DNA from: a virus | Taxonomy: Duplodnaviria > Caudoviricetes | Length of the DNA stretch: 62,614 bases | Strand: one strand, 5' to 3' | IMG/VR virus record: IMGVR_UViG_3300009314_000010 | Span: 1 to 62,614 of that record | Part shown: piece after piece, positions 45,440 to 54,651 of the stretch | Layout of the letters: the number at the start of each line of letters is the position of its first letter | Position numbering within the stretch: the stretch's first letter is position 1 | Position numbers and translations under genes: made by a program | The notes under the pieces: model-generated | What the model saw: only the letters and a program-made list of their open reading frames with translations | The model's database searches: none | Told to the model about the DNA's origin: nothing

Positions 45440-46483
45440 TTATCCGGAAATATCGGTTACACAGGCCTCGATTCTGGTCATCCAGTTTTCGTTCAAACGA
45501 ACGGAAGACAGCCAGAAGTCGGCGCCCACATACCCGAACATGCCCGAGGGGTTTGCATGGTTTTTCACGTTTGAGGGGATCATCGTCGGGGAAACCCCGG
45601 AATGTCCGTGCCCCTTCAACGAAACCTGGCCCCACGCGCTTTGAGCCATTACGATGGCCGGATAAACATCGACATTTGTCGAGTCCGCGGCCACCATACC
45701 GCTGGTACCGACAACCGCGCCGGCGGCCAGCCAGGGAGCGAAAAGCGGGGATTTTACAAACCTGAAATCCTCACAGGCCCCAAACTCTCTGGGATGAACC
45801 GGCTTGATCGCGCTGCCGTAATCAACGCGCTTGGTGAACCCGGGGAGATCCCGACAATCCGCTACCATGTCGGTATGGACAAAAACGATGTATCCCGGCT
45901 CGACCGAACTCACACCGAAGTCGGGACCGGATTTGATCGCAGAAGTGACCATCTTGGCCCGGTTGCTCTCCATGGTCCGCGCGGCCAGCCTTAGATCGTT
46001 CAGGGATATGGCGGTATTCAGCCCTACCCTGGTTGTTCCGTTGGCATAGATTACGGATGTCCCGGCTTTGACCTGGCCATAACAGACCAGCTCTGCCACT
46101 TCCGCCAGGGTCTCGCCTGTCAGCTTGGCCATATCGTTTGGGATGTCGTCTTCGTACATCAACTGCGCTTTTGAGCTGAACTTGAACAGTACGGCGTACT
46201 GCTGCAGGGTCGTTGTGACATCCGTGTAGCTGATAGTGTTGGCCGTCGGCGTGACGCCCTCAGAGGTTATGAAGTTGGTTGCCGTGATGTTCGGAACCTC
46301 GGTTGCGGTCGCGTTAAACGGCTGCAACCGCCTGAAGACCACGGTATCGGTTTTATTGAGCGGCTGCTCTTTCATGTCGCCGAACTTGGTCAAGACCTGG
46401 ATCGGCTCGGCGTGTTTCAACATTTTCATTTCAGCCCGGATCAGATTCCGGGATGCTACTGTTCCGTATTGTTGGATAGACAT
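45440..46483 (-). CDS. Major capsid protein, N4-gp56 family
   Basis: KFG...P.NKTDTVVFRR, EGVTP, EFGACEDFRFV, NPSGMFGYVG...RLNENWMTRIE. Confidence 0.9.
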   Translation of the reverse strand: MSIQQYGTVASRNLIRAEMKMLKHAEPIQVLTKFGDMKEQPLNKTDTVVFRRLQPFNATATEVPNITATNFITSEGVTPTANTISYTDVTTTLQQYAVLFKFSSKAQLMYEDDIPNDMAKLTGETLAEVAELVCYGQVKAGTSVIYANGTTRVGLNTAISLNDLRLAARTMESNRAKMVTSAIKSGPDFGVSSVEPGYIVFVHTDMVADCRDLPGFTKRVDYGSAIKPVHPREFGACEDFRFVKSPLFAPWLAAGAVVGTSGMVAADSTNVDVYPAIVMAQSAWGQVSLKGHGHSGVSPTMIPSNVKNHANPSGMFGYVGADFWLSSVRLNENWMTRIEACVTDISG

Positions 46484-46495
46484 GATCGTTTCCTT

Positions 46496-47428
46496 TTAAT
46501 CTTCGGCAAATATCCTTTTGCCTTCTTTTTCCCTAAATTCAGCGTCGGTCAGATCGGCGTCAGACTTTGGGGCGGGGGCCTTCTTTCCCTTTGGGTTTTC
46601 AGCCTTCCGGAGCCTGGCCTTTCTTTCCTCGGCGATTTCTGCCGCTGTTTTGGACGTTCCACGTGAAGCAACAAAGGCATCAAGAACATCGATGGCGTCG
46701 AGAGCCTCGCTGGTGTCGAGCTTTGCCAAAATCTCTTTATCCTCTTCGGCATCCAGCCCGGCTTTCCAGGCGATAAAATCCTTTGAATCCTTGATGGTCC
46801 TCCACTTTGGATGGAAGACCGTAAGCACCGCCAACTGCATCCGCTCATCAATATCCGCATCGTTACTGGCGGTTATCTCTGATCTCAGCGCTTCGATATC
46901 GACGGGCTTCCCGAGCTTCTCCATTTCCTTGCGGACCAGCCCTATTTGGTATCCAATGGCCTCGCCCCACTCCGGAAAATCGGCATTAAGCTCATCCCAT
47001 TTTTCTTGGGATGCCGCCGCCTCTGCTATTTGCTCCTCGGTGGGTTTGTTCTTGAGCTCCTCGGACTCCTTCTGGGCATCGTGGAGCTGGTTGGTGATGG
47101 ATCCGATTCTTTTTTCAGCCTGCTTCAGGCGCGTTTCGGTCTCGTCGAGAACCTTGACCCTTTCGGACATATCGTCGAACATGGTCTTCAGGGCGGGATT
47201 TACCCCGGCCCAAGGATCTTCGGGTTCGGCGGGCGTCTCGGTCTCGGTTTTGGTCTCGGTCTCGGTTTTGGGTTCTTCAGCGGGTGGCTGTTCGACAATC
47301 GGCTTGGTGCCCGATTCCTCGGCCTCCATTTCCGCAATAACCTCTTGACGATACGCTGCCGCCTCTTCAGGCGTCATTTCTCCGGTCGTTCCATCGTTTT
47401 CCGTTTGTGCTGTTGCTGCTTCGCTCAT
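46496..47428 (-). CDS. Scaffolding protein
   Basis: Acidic Glu/Pro-rich N-terminus, coiled coil, HPKW...F.AW motif; immediately upstream of the capsid gene. Confidence 0.75.
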   Translation of the reverse strand: MSEAATAQTENDGTTGEMTPEEAAAYRQEVIAEMEAEESGTKPIVEQPPAEEPKTETETKTETETPAEPEDPWAGVNPALKTMFDDMSERVKVLDETETRLKQAEKRIGSITNQLHDAQKESEELKNKPTEEQIAEAAASQEKWDELNADFPEWGEAIGYQIGLVRKEMEKLGKPVDIEALRSEITASNDADIDERMQLAVLTVFHPKWRTIKDSKDFIAWKAGLDAEEDKEILAKLDTSEALDAIDVLDAFVASRGTSKTAAEIAEERKARLRKAENPKGKKAPAPKSDADLTDAEFREKEGKRIFAED

Positions 47429-47508
47429 GATCCGCTCCTTGCCCGGCTTATAAAGGCGGGCGACTTTGAGGCGGTTTCTCGGCCCGGTTAAAATTTCCCC
47501 AGGGCAAT

Positions 47509-47553
47509 AAAAAAAGGGGCGAGTAGATGAGTAGGCACCTACTTGCCCCTTTA
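47509..47553 (-). terminator. Long intrinsic terminator hairpin upstream of scaffold/capsid
   Basis: AAAGGGGCAAGTAGGTG-cctact-CATCTACTCGCCCCTTT with a T7 run, read on the minus strand. Confidence 0.75.
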
Positions 47554-47631
47554 ATTATTCTTGCGTCGCCTTCGGCCTGGCCGGGCCTCGGGCGAACCCC
47601 GATTTTTTATTTTATGGCTTTGGCCATATCG

Positions 47632-47997
47632 TCATATTTCGTATTTCCCCTCAACTCCGCGTTTCTTTCGGTCTGCGGTACGAGATTGTAGCCACATTAA
47701 AGCCTCTTGGCATTTCCCGAGAGCGTAGGCATTTTCCGTGCAAGACAGCTCTGCCGCCTGGAATTGTTCAAGCTGATCAATAACAATCTTTAGAAGGTCC
47801 TCGTTTGTGCAACCATTGACGCCCTCGTCCTTAATCGGACCCTTCTGAAAGCGGATTATGGCTAAATAATCATTGCAATCTACCGGCTTGCCAGCTTTGG
47901 GGCCATATTCAATCTGATATTCGTGGCAAGCCCCGCGTTCGGACTCATCGACCACATAAATCTGTGTGTGGCCATCAGGATCGTTTAGTGTTCGCAT
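47632..47997 (-). CDS. tad1: Tad1-like (Thoeris anti-defence 1) nucleotide-signal sponge
   Basis: GACHEY, IRFQKG, G..NEDLL.IV.D.L..FQ, ENAYAL...QEALMWL..R..DR..R.V.G match the Tad1 pattern as recalled; 121 aa from ATG 47997. Confidence 0.8.
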   Translation of the reverse strand: MRTLNDPDGHTQIYVVDESERGACHEYQIEYGPKAGKPVDCNDYLAIIRFQKGPIKDEGVNGCTNEDLLKIVIDQLEQFQAAELSCTENAYALGKCQEALMWLQSRTADRKKRGVEGKYEI

Positions 47998-47998
47998 A

Positions 47999-48292
47999 TC
48001 AATACCCCGCAAACCTGTCGTTATCCAAAGTGTACTCCGGCAATTCCGGCATATCCTTTCCGGGATCCGGCAAATTGATAAGGTCTTTCAGCGCATCGAT
48101 ACGACCGCGCAATATCGCGGTGTTCAATTCGCTTAAATTCATATTGTCGTTTCTGAGCCTGGCCTCTGCCAGTTGATCCTTGGCCCATTTATGTATAAAT
48201 ATCCAGGTCGGCGAAGTCGGATTCAATTCGCCCGGTCCGGATCCGGCACCGGCAATCCCGACGTGTACGGGCTTGTTCTTTTTAGTGAACAT
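47999..48292 (-). CDS. Small post-portal head-module protein
   Basis: SPTW...W...L...R..ND...TAILRGRI..LK.L pattern. Confidence 0.65.
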   Translation of the reverse strand: MFTKKNKPVHVGIAGAGSGPGELNPTSPTWIFIHKWAKDQLAEARLRNDNMNLSELNTAILRGRIDALKDLINLPDPGKDMPELPEYTLDNDRFAGY

Positions 48293-48644
48293 TCGCAACA
48301 AGCTGCGGCCCCCTCTCTTTTACCCGGGCAGCAAAACAGGTTTCATGCAAAAGCCCGTTTTCGGTTGGCACGACCTTTCCGATGTTTCTAAATCTCCCGC
48401 CGCACTCATGGCAGGAGGCGTTTTCAAAGTTCATCATCCATTCGTCTTTGCCGATTTCGACCCATTCGGCATCATTAGCATTTAAGAAGTCCTTCGGAAC
48501 TTCCGCACAGCTTATCGAGTGGCCGCTCTTGTCGGCCTCTTCGATCACAAACATTTTGCCCCAACGGTAACTTGTGACTTCCCCCAGGATGGCGATCTGG
48601 CGGCCGGCTTCGTGTGCGTAGAATTTTCCGATTTCGAATTTCAT
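48282..48644 (-). CDS. Hypothetical protein with C-terminal Zn-finger
   Basis: CHEC...HETC; GGAGG RBS. Confidence 0.65.
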   Translation of the reverse strand: MKFEIGKFYAHEAGRQIAILGEVTSYRWGKMFVIEEADKSGHSISCAEVPKDFLNANDAEWVEIGKDEWMMNFENASCHECGGRFRNIGKVVPTENGLLHETCFAARVKERGPQLVANVH

Positions 48645-48756
48645 CTGACTTCCTCCCTCCCGGCATTTCTGGCGGAATGGTTATGAGGCGGCTTGTGCCG
48701 GCTCGGATTATGTGAGATCTCACATCGCCGTCTCTGACGAGCGGCGCCATACGGTT

Positions 48757-48861
48757 TTATTTCTTTTTCGAGCCCTTTTTGGGCTTCTTCCTCTTCTTAG
48801 GCGGCCCCGAGTTTACCGACTTGTTGCGCGGTGGGACCGTGTTGTATCGGTGCATTGCCAT
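48757..48861 (-). CDS. 34-aa highly basic peptide (below ORF-track cutoff)
   Basis: MAMHRYNTVPPRNKSVNSGPPKKRKKPKKGSKKK; starts 2 nt after the upstream stop. Confidence 0.5.
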   Translation of the reverse strand: MAMHRYNTVPPRNKSVNSGPPKKRKKPKKGSKKK

Positions 48862-48863
48862 AA

Positions 48864-49187
48864 TCAATCATTCCAAACTTCTTTAGCTACGGCCTTACGC
48901 ATCTTCTTTTTTGCATCATCCATCGGCAAAATTTCTGCTTTTTGGACCTGGATCTCCATTGATTCTATTTTATCGTCTTTGCCGGTGTCACGAATGCGGA
49001 TTTCTAAGATCTTTGCAACGGCGTTAATAGAAACCATTTCGCCGCCCCTCATGCCTTCAAGGCCGAGCTTCTTGATCTGATCGGTTTCAAACCTCAGACG
49101 TGTACCCCAGGGATAGTCCGCGGGTTCAATACTCGTAGGCCTCTCTTGTGACTTCTTTTGTTTTTCTGAAAGTTTAAGATCGATCAT
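48864..49187 (-). CDS. Capsid-staple-like small head protein
   Basis: YPWGTRLRF...IKKLGL...EIQV pattern; ATGA overlap with portal. Confidence 0.55.
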   Translation of the reverse strand: MIDLKLSEKQKKSQERPTSIEPADYPWGTRLRFETDQIKKLGLEGMRGGEMVSINAVAKILEIRIRDTGKDDKIESMEIQVQKAEILPMDDAKKKMRKAVAKEVWND

Positions 49188-51595
49188 TTCTGAAACGCCT
49201 CCCCATCTGGCGCCCGGCCGGCCGGCTCCGCGATCGGCTCCGCAACCTGTTCGGCGGGCTTCGTGTCCTTATCTTTAGCCAAAGCGACTTGCGTCTTCAG
49301 CTTTTGCGCCACAACGGTCAGATCGGCCTTGATCTTGTCCAGGGCTATGCCGCTCGTCGCAGAAAGCTCCATCATCTTGATTTCACGATCGAGCACCTTT
49401 ATTTGCAGCTCGTGTTCTCGGTCGACCTGGGCCTGCTCCGCTCGCATCTGCTCTTTTCCCAACTCGGCATCGGCCCGGATCTTGGCTGCCTCCAACGCCG
49501 GATCCGTCGGTGGCGGCTGCTCTCTCAGCTTGTTGAGGTTCTCTTGGATTTTGTCGTCGGGCAGCAAGACGTCAAGGTTTCGCGCTTTAAAGAATTGTTT
49601 GACCGTTTTTTGCCAATCGACCATCGCGGCCAGCTCGGCATCGCCCCGGATCCCCATGATCTCCTCGATGTTCTGGGCCTGCTGGTCCTTTTCCAACAAT
49701 ACGGACGTTCCGAGCGCATCGACCTTGTAATCGCCCTTAATCGAATCATCTTCACCGTATTGCATGTTCCAATCGTAATATCGGGTCAGATGCGGCCTGG
49801 TGACGGCATCATCCCATAGTTTAACGCGAGATCTCAGCGCGACGTTGTTGGAGTCAACCAGGATGTTGGTCGCGCCCAACGTTTCGGGCAGCTCGCCCTT
49901 TTCGCCGGTGAAAAGCATCGGCATGTTGGATTCGATATCGATAAACCGCAGCGCCAGCTCGATAATGGCCTGCAGCTCTTTTTGATTGTTTTCGATCTGG
50001 AATTGAGCGAACGCCTTGGATATGTCTGGCATATCCCCCTTGCCAACCCATTTCCATAGCTTTTTACCGCCGATTTCCCATTGCTGATCCATCGGTTCAA
50101 TGCCATCGCCAATAACGATGTTGGCGCCGGCCGAATCGCCGGCATTGTCCATCATGGCCCGCCACGCAGCTATAATGATTCGCTGCTGCCAGGTCATTTC
50201 CCGGGCAACGCCCATTCCCCAGGGCATGCCGGCCCGGGTGGTCCATTGGAAGAAGTCATATATCATCTCGCCGGTGTCCATCGGGTTCAGCATGGCCTTT
50301 ATCGGGCGATCGTTGACCATGATCACACAGGCGGATACGCTTTGGGTGTGGACCGAGGAACAATCGCAGCCCAGGGCTTCGAGGTCCTCTTTGTCCAGGT
50401 CGCCGTTGTATTCCCATTTTTCGTAATGGCTCCCCTGGGCCGCCTTGGGATAACGGATCAGGTAATGATTGTCTTTGTCTTCGGCCACCTGGAGGCGGGT
50501 GGGCTCTTCCAGGAGAACCTTTTTAATCTCGCTGTCCAGATATCCCTCGACGCCTATATACTGGCGCAGCTCCCGCGGTAGGATGGTTTCACGCTCCCAG
50601 ATATACGCAGCCTTTTTGATATCTTCCCGGCATTCCGGATCCGGGAACACGTCCCAGGGATCGCAACTTTTAGAAGTCGGTTTAATATCCTCGATCATCT
50701 GCAGGACGCGAACCGTTGTCTGGCCGTCCTCGCTGGTGACTTTCTTCCAGTTCTTTTTAAGGTCCTTGAATACGACCGGGCCTTTCATTATTCCGGTGCC
50801 CAGGCGCACGGAGTTGCGGATCGCTTTTCGACACTCCGAATTGTAGGAGCTTTCGGTGAGCTGATCATCGATCTCGCGTTCCATGCCAGACATTTTCTTT
50901 TCGGCTTCTTTTTTTTCCGACATGGCGACATCTGCCACCGTGGCCTCGGTGGCGCCCTCCTGCATCCCGTCTTCAAAAACAACGCTGCCATCCGGGTTCT
51001 TATAGATCGCCGGTCTTCCAGAGTCTTCGTGGACCGCAGGGTTGTTATTCTCCAGGCTCTCAACCAGCTCGGGCACAGGAGTTGTCTTTAGGCCCCAATT
51101 CTTTCCATCGGTGGGCAACTGGATATCGGAAAACCGCCCTTCGGCCGTCTCGCACTTCGGCCTGGTGATGTTGACGATCACCCGGGAGCGCTTCGGCCCC
51201 TTCTTGGCGCCCCTGTCATGTGATTTAACGGGCGCAGCGCCGGAAGCGTAGTCGATCATGCGCACTTCCAAGCTGGCCTCGTCAAACCCCTCGAACGCGA
51301 GCTCATCCTCTCGCCAAATCCGTTCAATGCCACACGCGGCCCTCGCGGACACGGCCCGCTCGCGCTTTTTGATCAGGTTTGCGGACAGCCGCTCGATGGC
51401 CACAAGGAACTTTTTCTGTTCAGCGGTCTCAGCCTCTTTTTTCTTTGCGGTCTTTTCGTCGAGGTCTTCATACGGCTCGACCACCTTCGGATCCCTGGGT
51501 TCCGTGAACTCGTCTTCTTCGTAAAGCTCCTTCCGGAGATCCTTTTCCCGTTCGGTAGGCAAATCGTCTTTTCGCTTACGCCTAAACAGTGCCAT
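49184..51595 (-). CDS. Portal protein (podovirus type)
   Basis: 803 aa; NITRPKC, GTGIMKGP, DVFPDP, WGMGV motifs; long helical C-terminus; located between TerL and scaffold. Confidence 0.88.
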   Translation of the reverse strand: MALFRRKRKDDLPTEREKDLRKELYEEDEFTEPRDPKVVEPYEDLDEKTAKKKEAETAEQKKFLVAIERLSANLIKKRERAVSARAACGIERIWREDELAFEGFDEASLEVRMIDYASGAAPVKSHDRGAKKGPKRSRVIVNITRPKCETAEGRFSDIQLPTDGKNWGLKTTPVPELVESLENNNPAVHEDSGRPAIYKNPDGSVVFEDGMQEGATEATVADVAMSEKKEAEKKMSGMEREIDDQLTESSYNSECRKAIRNSVRLGTGIMKGPVVFKDLKKNWKKVTSEDGQTTVRVLQMIEDIKPTSKSCDPWDVFPDPECREDIKKAAYIWERETILPRELRQYIGVEGYLDSEIKKVLLEEPTRLQVAEDKDNHYLIRYPKAAQGSHYEKWEYNGDLDKEDLEALGCDCSSVHTQSVSACVIMVNDRPIKAMLNPMDTGEMIYDFFQWTTRAGMPWGMGVAREMTWQQRIIIAAWRAMMDNAGDSAGANIVIGDGIEPMDQQWEIGGKKLWKWVGKGDMPDISKAFAQFQIENNQKELQAIIELALRFIDIESNMPMLFTGEKGELPETLGATNILVDSNNVALRSRVKLWDDAVTRPHLTRYYDWNMQYGEDDSIKGDYKVDALGTSVLLEKDQQAQNIEEIMGIRGDAELAAMVDWQKTVKQFFKARNLDVLLPDDKIQENLNKLREQPPPTDPALEAAKIRADAELGKEQMRAEQAQVDREHELQIKVLDREIKMMELSATSGIALDKIKADLTVVAQKLKTQVALAKDKDTKPAEQVAEPIAEPAGRAPDGEAFQK

Positions 51596-52207
51596 TTAAC
51601 AAACAACCCCTCTCTTGATTTGGGGATAAAATACAAATTGCCGCTTCTCGGCCTCGCCGATCCGGGCGAGCGGAACGATGTCCCACAGCTTAAACCCGAA
51701 CTTTCCCAGAAACCGCCATTTCCCGAACAGCTTCCAGGACGGCATCCACATTACATACCGCTTTCCGCTCACGGACTCGGCGATCACAAGCAACGAATTG
51801 CATTGCTGTTTCGCCTCGTCGTATTGTTTGTTGATCCAGATAAATTTAACCGCAGCCGGCCGCACCCCGACCCACATGCTGTAATTCCGGCAAGGATTCC
51901 GCAGGGCGCACCACACAAATCGACTCCTATATGATGTGGCGTATCCAAGAAATCGGCTTTTGCTGCAAATAAGCCACCAGCCGGGATCTCCATTTATCGT
52001 ATTTACGTCGTTATCCCATGGCCAGAACAGCTTCGGCATGTGATCCGCGACCTTCGAACAGAACAATAGGCCGACCGCGCAGGTAAAAAGCCCGGACACG
52101 GCCATTACCAACTGGCACAGAACAAGCACGATCGTTTTAAACAGGTCCCAGGCCTGCAGCTTGCAGAACACTTCCATGCGCGAAAGGTAATAAACGGTTT
52201 CTTTCAT
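51596..52207 (-). CDS. Trp-rich membrane-anchored hypothetical protein
   Basis: N-terminal TM, then WDN...GD..W...W..LRNP; start at MKETVYY. Confidence 0.65.
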   Translation of the reverse strand: MKETVYYLSRMEVFCKLQAWDLFKTIVLVLCQLVMAVSGLFTCAVGLLFCSKVADHMPKLFWPWDNDVNTINGDPGWWLICSKSRFLGYATSYRSRFVWCALRNPCRNYSMWVGVRPAAVKFIWINKQYDEAKQQCNSLLVIAESVSGKRYVMWMPSWKLFGKWRFLGKFGFKLWDIVPLARIGEAEKRQFVFYPQIKRGVVC

Positions 52208-52208
52208 A

Positions 52209-53528
52209 TCAGTACCCCACCGCCTCATCTAAAACGCCGTAGCTCGGAACGATCGGCATCGGCTTTGCGTCGGTTTCGTTGGTCATTTGGTCGATATTGG
52301 TAACGATGTATCTGACGTTATCAGCTCCATGGCAGAATTCGTCGTGGCACGGAGCGCCGGCCTCAAGGGTTCTCGCGTTGATGTTTCGCCGGTATCGCCT
52401 GAGACACTCCAGGAGGCGATCGCAATTGGTTTGGTCGATATAGATCCTGGGGAACGCCAATCGGACCTCGCGGATCCCGGCCTCAACGCCCACATTCGCA
52501 ACGTCGACCTTCTCGGCAACATCCCAGGATTGCGCTTTCATAATCATATCCGCGCTCTTCTGGCCGGAACTGCCCAGGCTGAACCCATCGGCATACGGCA
52601 ACCAGACCTTGCCCCAATTGTATTTCAATTCTTTCAAGTCCGCCGAAATGCCATCCAAGGCCCGGTGGTTTTCCTCGATGTAATTGATTATCCGGATTTC
52701 AGAGGCTTGCTTTTGAACGATACTGACGGAAACCTGATCGTTAAAGCCCAGGTCAACGACGACATGCGCTTTCAGCATCGAATCATAGGGCACGTTCCGG
52801 ATCCGCCCGGTCAGCCTCATGGCCGTCATTTCATCGTAATAGATCGCGCCCTCGACGGCCGGCTTGCATTCGCCCTCCCAGATGTTCGGATAATCTTTGG
52901 GCTCGGTGGCCTTGCAGTGGAGGCGTTCAGCTTCGAGGACTTCGTTAAACCAGGGATTGTCGCGCCAATTCATCTTTACGACGATGGCGCCTGGAGGCGG
53001 ATTTAGGACAAACCGCTCGAAGGTCGGATCGGTTTCAAGCTCCGGGTTGAAGGATATCCAGATCTCGGAGGCTTCTAAAACCGGTGTGTATTTATCCCTA
53101 TCGTCTTTCCGGATGGTCGGTATCAGAATCTTCCAGGAGCGATTTGATATTGTCTGGCCCTCTTCGACCCAGACAATATCACATCCCTCATAGGATTTGA
53201 TCGATTCCACGGTAAGAGCTGAAAGCCCCGCAAAGATAATCTCGGTGCCGTTTGTGCCCCGGATCTCCTGGTCAAGGACCTGGTATTTGTGACCGAGGCC
53301 CAACATCTGGATTTGATCGTCCAAGAGCTTATGGACTGAATCGCGGATTGATTTTTGGACTTCCCTGGTGCAGAGGATGCGCAGCTTTTTATGAATTCCC
53401 AACAATAACAACGCTCTGGCAAATCCCCAGGACTTTGCGCCGCCGCGTCCGCCATAAGCGACCTTGTACCGGGCCGGCCGGAATAGGAATTCTAATTTGC
53501 GGGGGAATTTAGGTGTTTCCATCATCAT
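52209..53528 (-). CDS. terL: Terminase large subunit (PBSX/terminase_3 type)
   Basis: YGGRGGAKS, CTREVQKSI, WVEEG, SFNP; RNase H-type DLG and HGADN. Confidence 0.95.
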   Translation of the reverse strand: MMMETPKFPRKLEFLFRPARYKVAYGGRGGAKSWGFARALLLLGIHKKLRILCTREVQKSIRDSVHKLLDDQIQMLGLGHKYQVLDQEIRGTNGTEIIFAGLSALTVESIKSYEGCDIVWVEEGQTISNRSWKILIPTIRKDDRDKYTPVLEASEIWISFNPELETDPTFERFVLNPPPGAIVVKMNWRDNPWFNEVLEAERLHCKATEPKDYPNIWEGECKPAVEGAIYYDEMTAMRLTGRIRNVPYDSMLKAHVVVDLGFNDQVSVSIVQKQASEIRIINYIEENHRALDGISADLKELKYNWGKVWLPYADGFSLGSSGQKSADMIMKAQSWDVAEKVDVANVGVEAGIREVRLAFPRIYIDQTNCDRLLECLRRYRRNINARTLEAGAPCHDEFCHGADNVRYIVTNIDQMTNETDAKPMPIVPSYGVLDEAVGY

Positions 53529-54177
53529 CCTCCCGCGCCGGCGGATCGACAAACTCGATCGGGATCACCGGGATCTCCTCGCCCTCTGGCGGACGGTCGT
53601 CAAGATCGTATGCCTGGCGTTCAAGTTGAATCAGGTCCTTTTGAGATGCTGCCAGATTTTTCAGGATAGCGGCGTGAGATGGCAGCGACACGGCTTTGAG
53701 CATGGCATTCCGGCGCTTGTAATCGGGCTTACCATCCTTACCGCTCTTCGCTGTTTCATCATATATGGCGTCTTCAAGCTCTTCGCGCTGCTTTGCGGCT
53801 TCAAGGAGCTGATCCTGGAACAAGGCCACCAAAGCCTGGCTCTTCTTTATACTTTCCTGGTGAGCTACGATTATATTGGCACCGCGTTCGGCCGCAGCCT
53901 CAATAATCTCTGATTCTTTCTTGGCGGATTCTTCGGGGAGTGTCTTTTTGATTACTTTGCCGGCAACCGCTTTTTGAATCTTGTGGCCAAGGTCTCGAAG
54001 CCAACCGTTTGCTTTGGCCTTTTTAGATATTGCGGTATGAGATACGTGGCACTGGCGGGCTATTTCACGGACAGAAAGCAGGCCGGCGCGATACTCCCGC
54101 TCGATCGCCTCCCAATCGGTGCCGTTGTTCCCGTTGTTGTAATTCCCGTTTCCGTTGCCGTTCTTCTTGCCAGCCAT
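53509..54177 (-). CDS. terS: Terminase small subunit
   Basis: DWEAIEREYRAG..SVREIA...SHTAISKKAK..GW HTH; LERQAY; upstream of TerL. Confidence 0.85.
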   Translation of the reverse strand: MAGKKNGNGNGNYNNGNNGTDWEAIEREYRAGLLSVREIARQCHVSHTAISKKAKANGWLRDLGHKIQKAVAGKVIKKTLPEESAKKESEIIEAAAERGANIIVAHQESIKKSQALVALFQDQLLEAAKQREELEDAIYDETAKSGKDGKPDYKRRNAMLKAVSLPSHAAILKNLAASQKDLIQLERQAYDLDDRPPEGEEIPVIPIEFVDPPAREDDDGNT

Positions 54178-54197
54178 AACGCTCCTTTGCGCGGAAG

Positions 54198-54229
54198 GTC
54201 ATGCCCAGGTTGCCGGGCCTGGGCATGAC
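54198..54229. repeat. 12-bp-stem hairpin in the terS leader
   Basis: GTCATGCCCAGG-8nt-CCTGGGCATGAC. Confidence 0.75.
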
Positions 54230-54310
54230 GTATGGAGGAAGATGAAAAAAATCGTGTGGTACGATCAGGCAATAGCAGGCCAGAAGGGCTTAAATCGGTC
54301 AAGAAGATGA

Positions 54311-54334
54311 TTCCGGTATACGTGTATACCGGAA
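54311..54334. promoter_or_regulatory. 24-bp palindrome in the presumed late-promoter region
   Basis: TTCCGGTATAC-GT-GTATACCGGAA in the intergenic gap upstream of terS. Confidence 0.6.
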
Positions 54335-54435
54335 AAAGGTCGGATTTTAGGAGATTTTGGAAATATTACGGAAAAACGGCTTCGAGGGTGGCCACAGGAT
54401 GAACGATCACAGGTTGGGGAATGTTATGATATGCA

Positions 54436-54651
54436 CTATTTTGTTGTGATTTCGCCAGGATCCACCAACAACCGATATAATTTTATGATCTCATCTCGGG
54501 CTATATCGGTGGGCATTTCTGATACTTTGAGCGAATAGTGGCAACCCGGAGTTTTGCAGATATATGCTCGCTCCACGTAATGAACGTCCGGATCCGGTTG
54601 ATATCGAGATTTGGACACAGATAGTTTTTCGCTGCATTCTGGGCATATCAT
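54436..54651 (-). CDS. Zn-ribbon protein (Ogr/Delta- or NrdR-N-like), possible late regulator
   Basis: MICPEC...SR...R.YIC...C...SE; last gene before the terS intergenic region. Confidence 0.6.
   Translation of the reverse strand: MICPECSEKLSVSKSRYQPDPDVHYVERAYICKTPGCHYSLKVSEMPTDIARDEIIKLYRLLVDPGEITTK

Noticed and set aside
47555-47600. c-di-GMP-I riboswitch call based on GACGCAA
   Set aside because: The GNRA tetraloop, its receptor and the GCAAA elements are missing; kept only as an unassigned structured leader.
54262-54302. Sigma54 or sigma70 promoter upstream of terS
   Set aside because: TGGC...TTGC has GG-N9-GC rather than N10 spacing, and the TTGACC has no correctly spaced -10.
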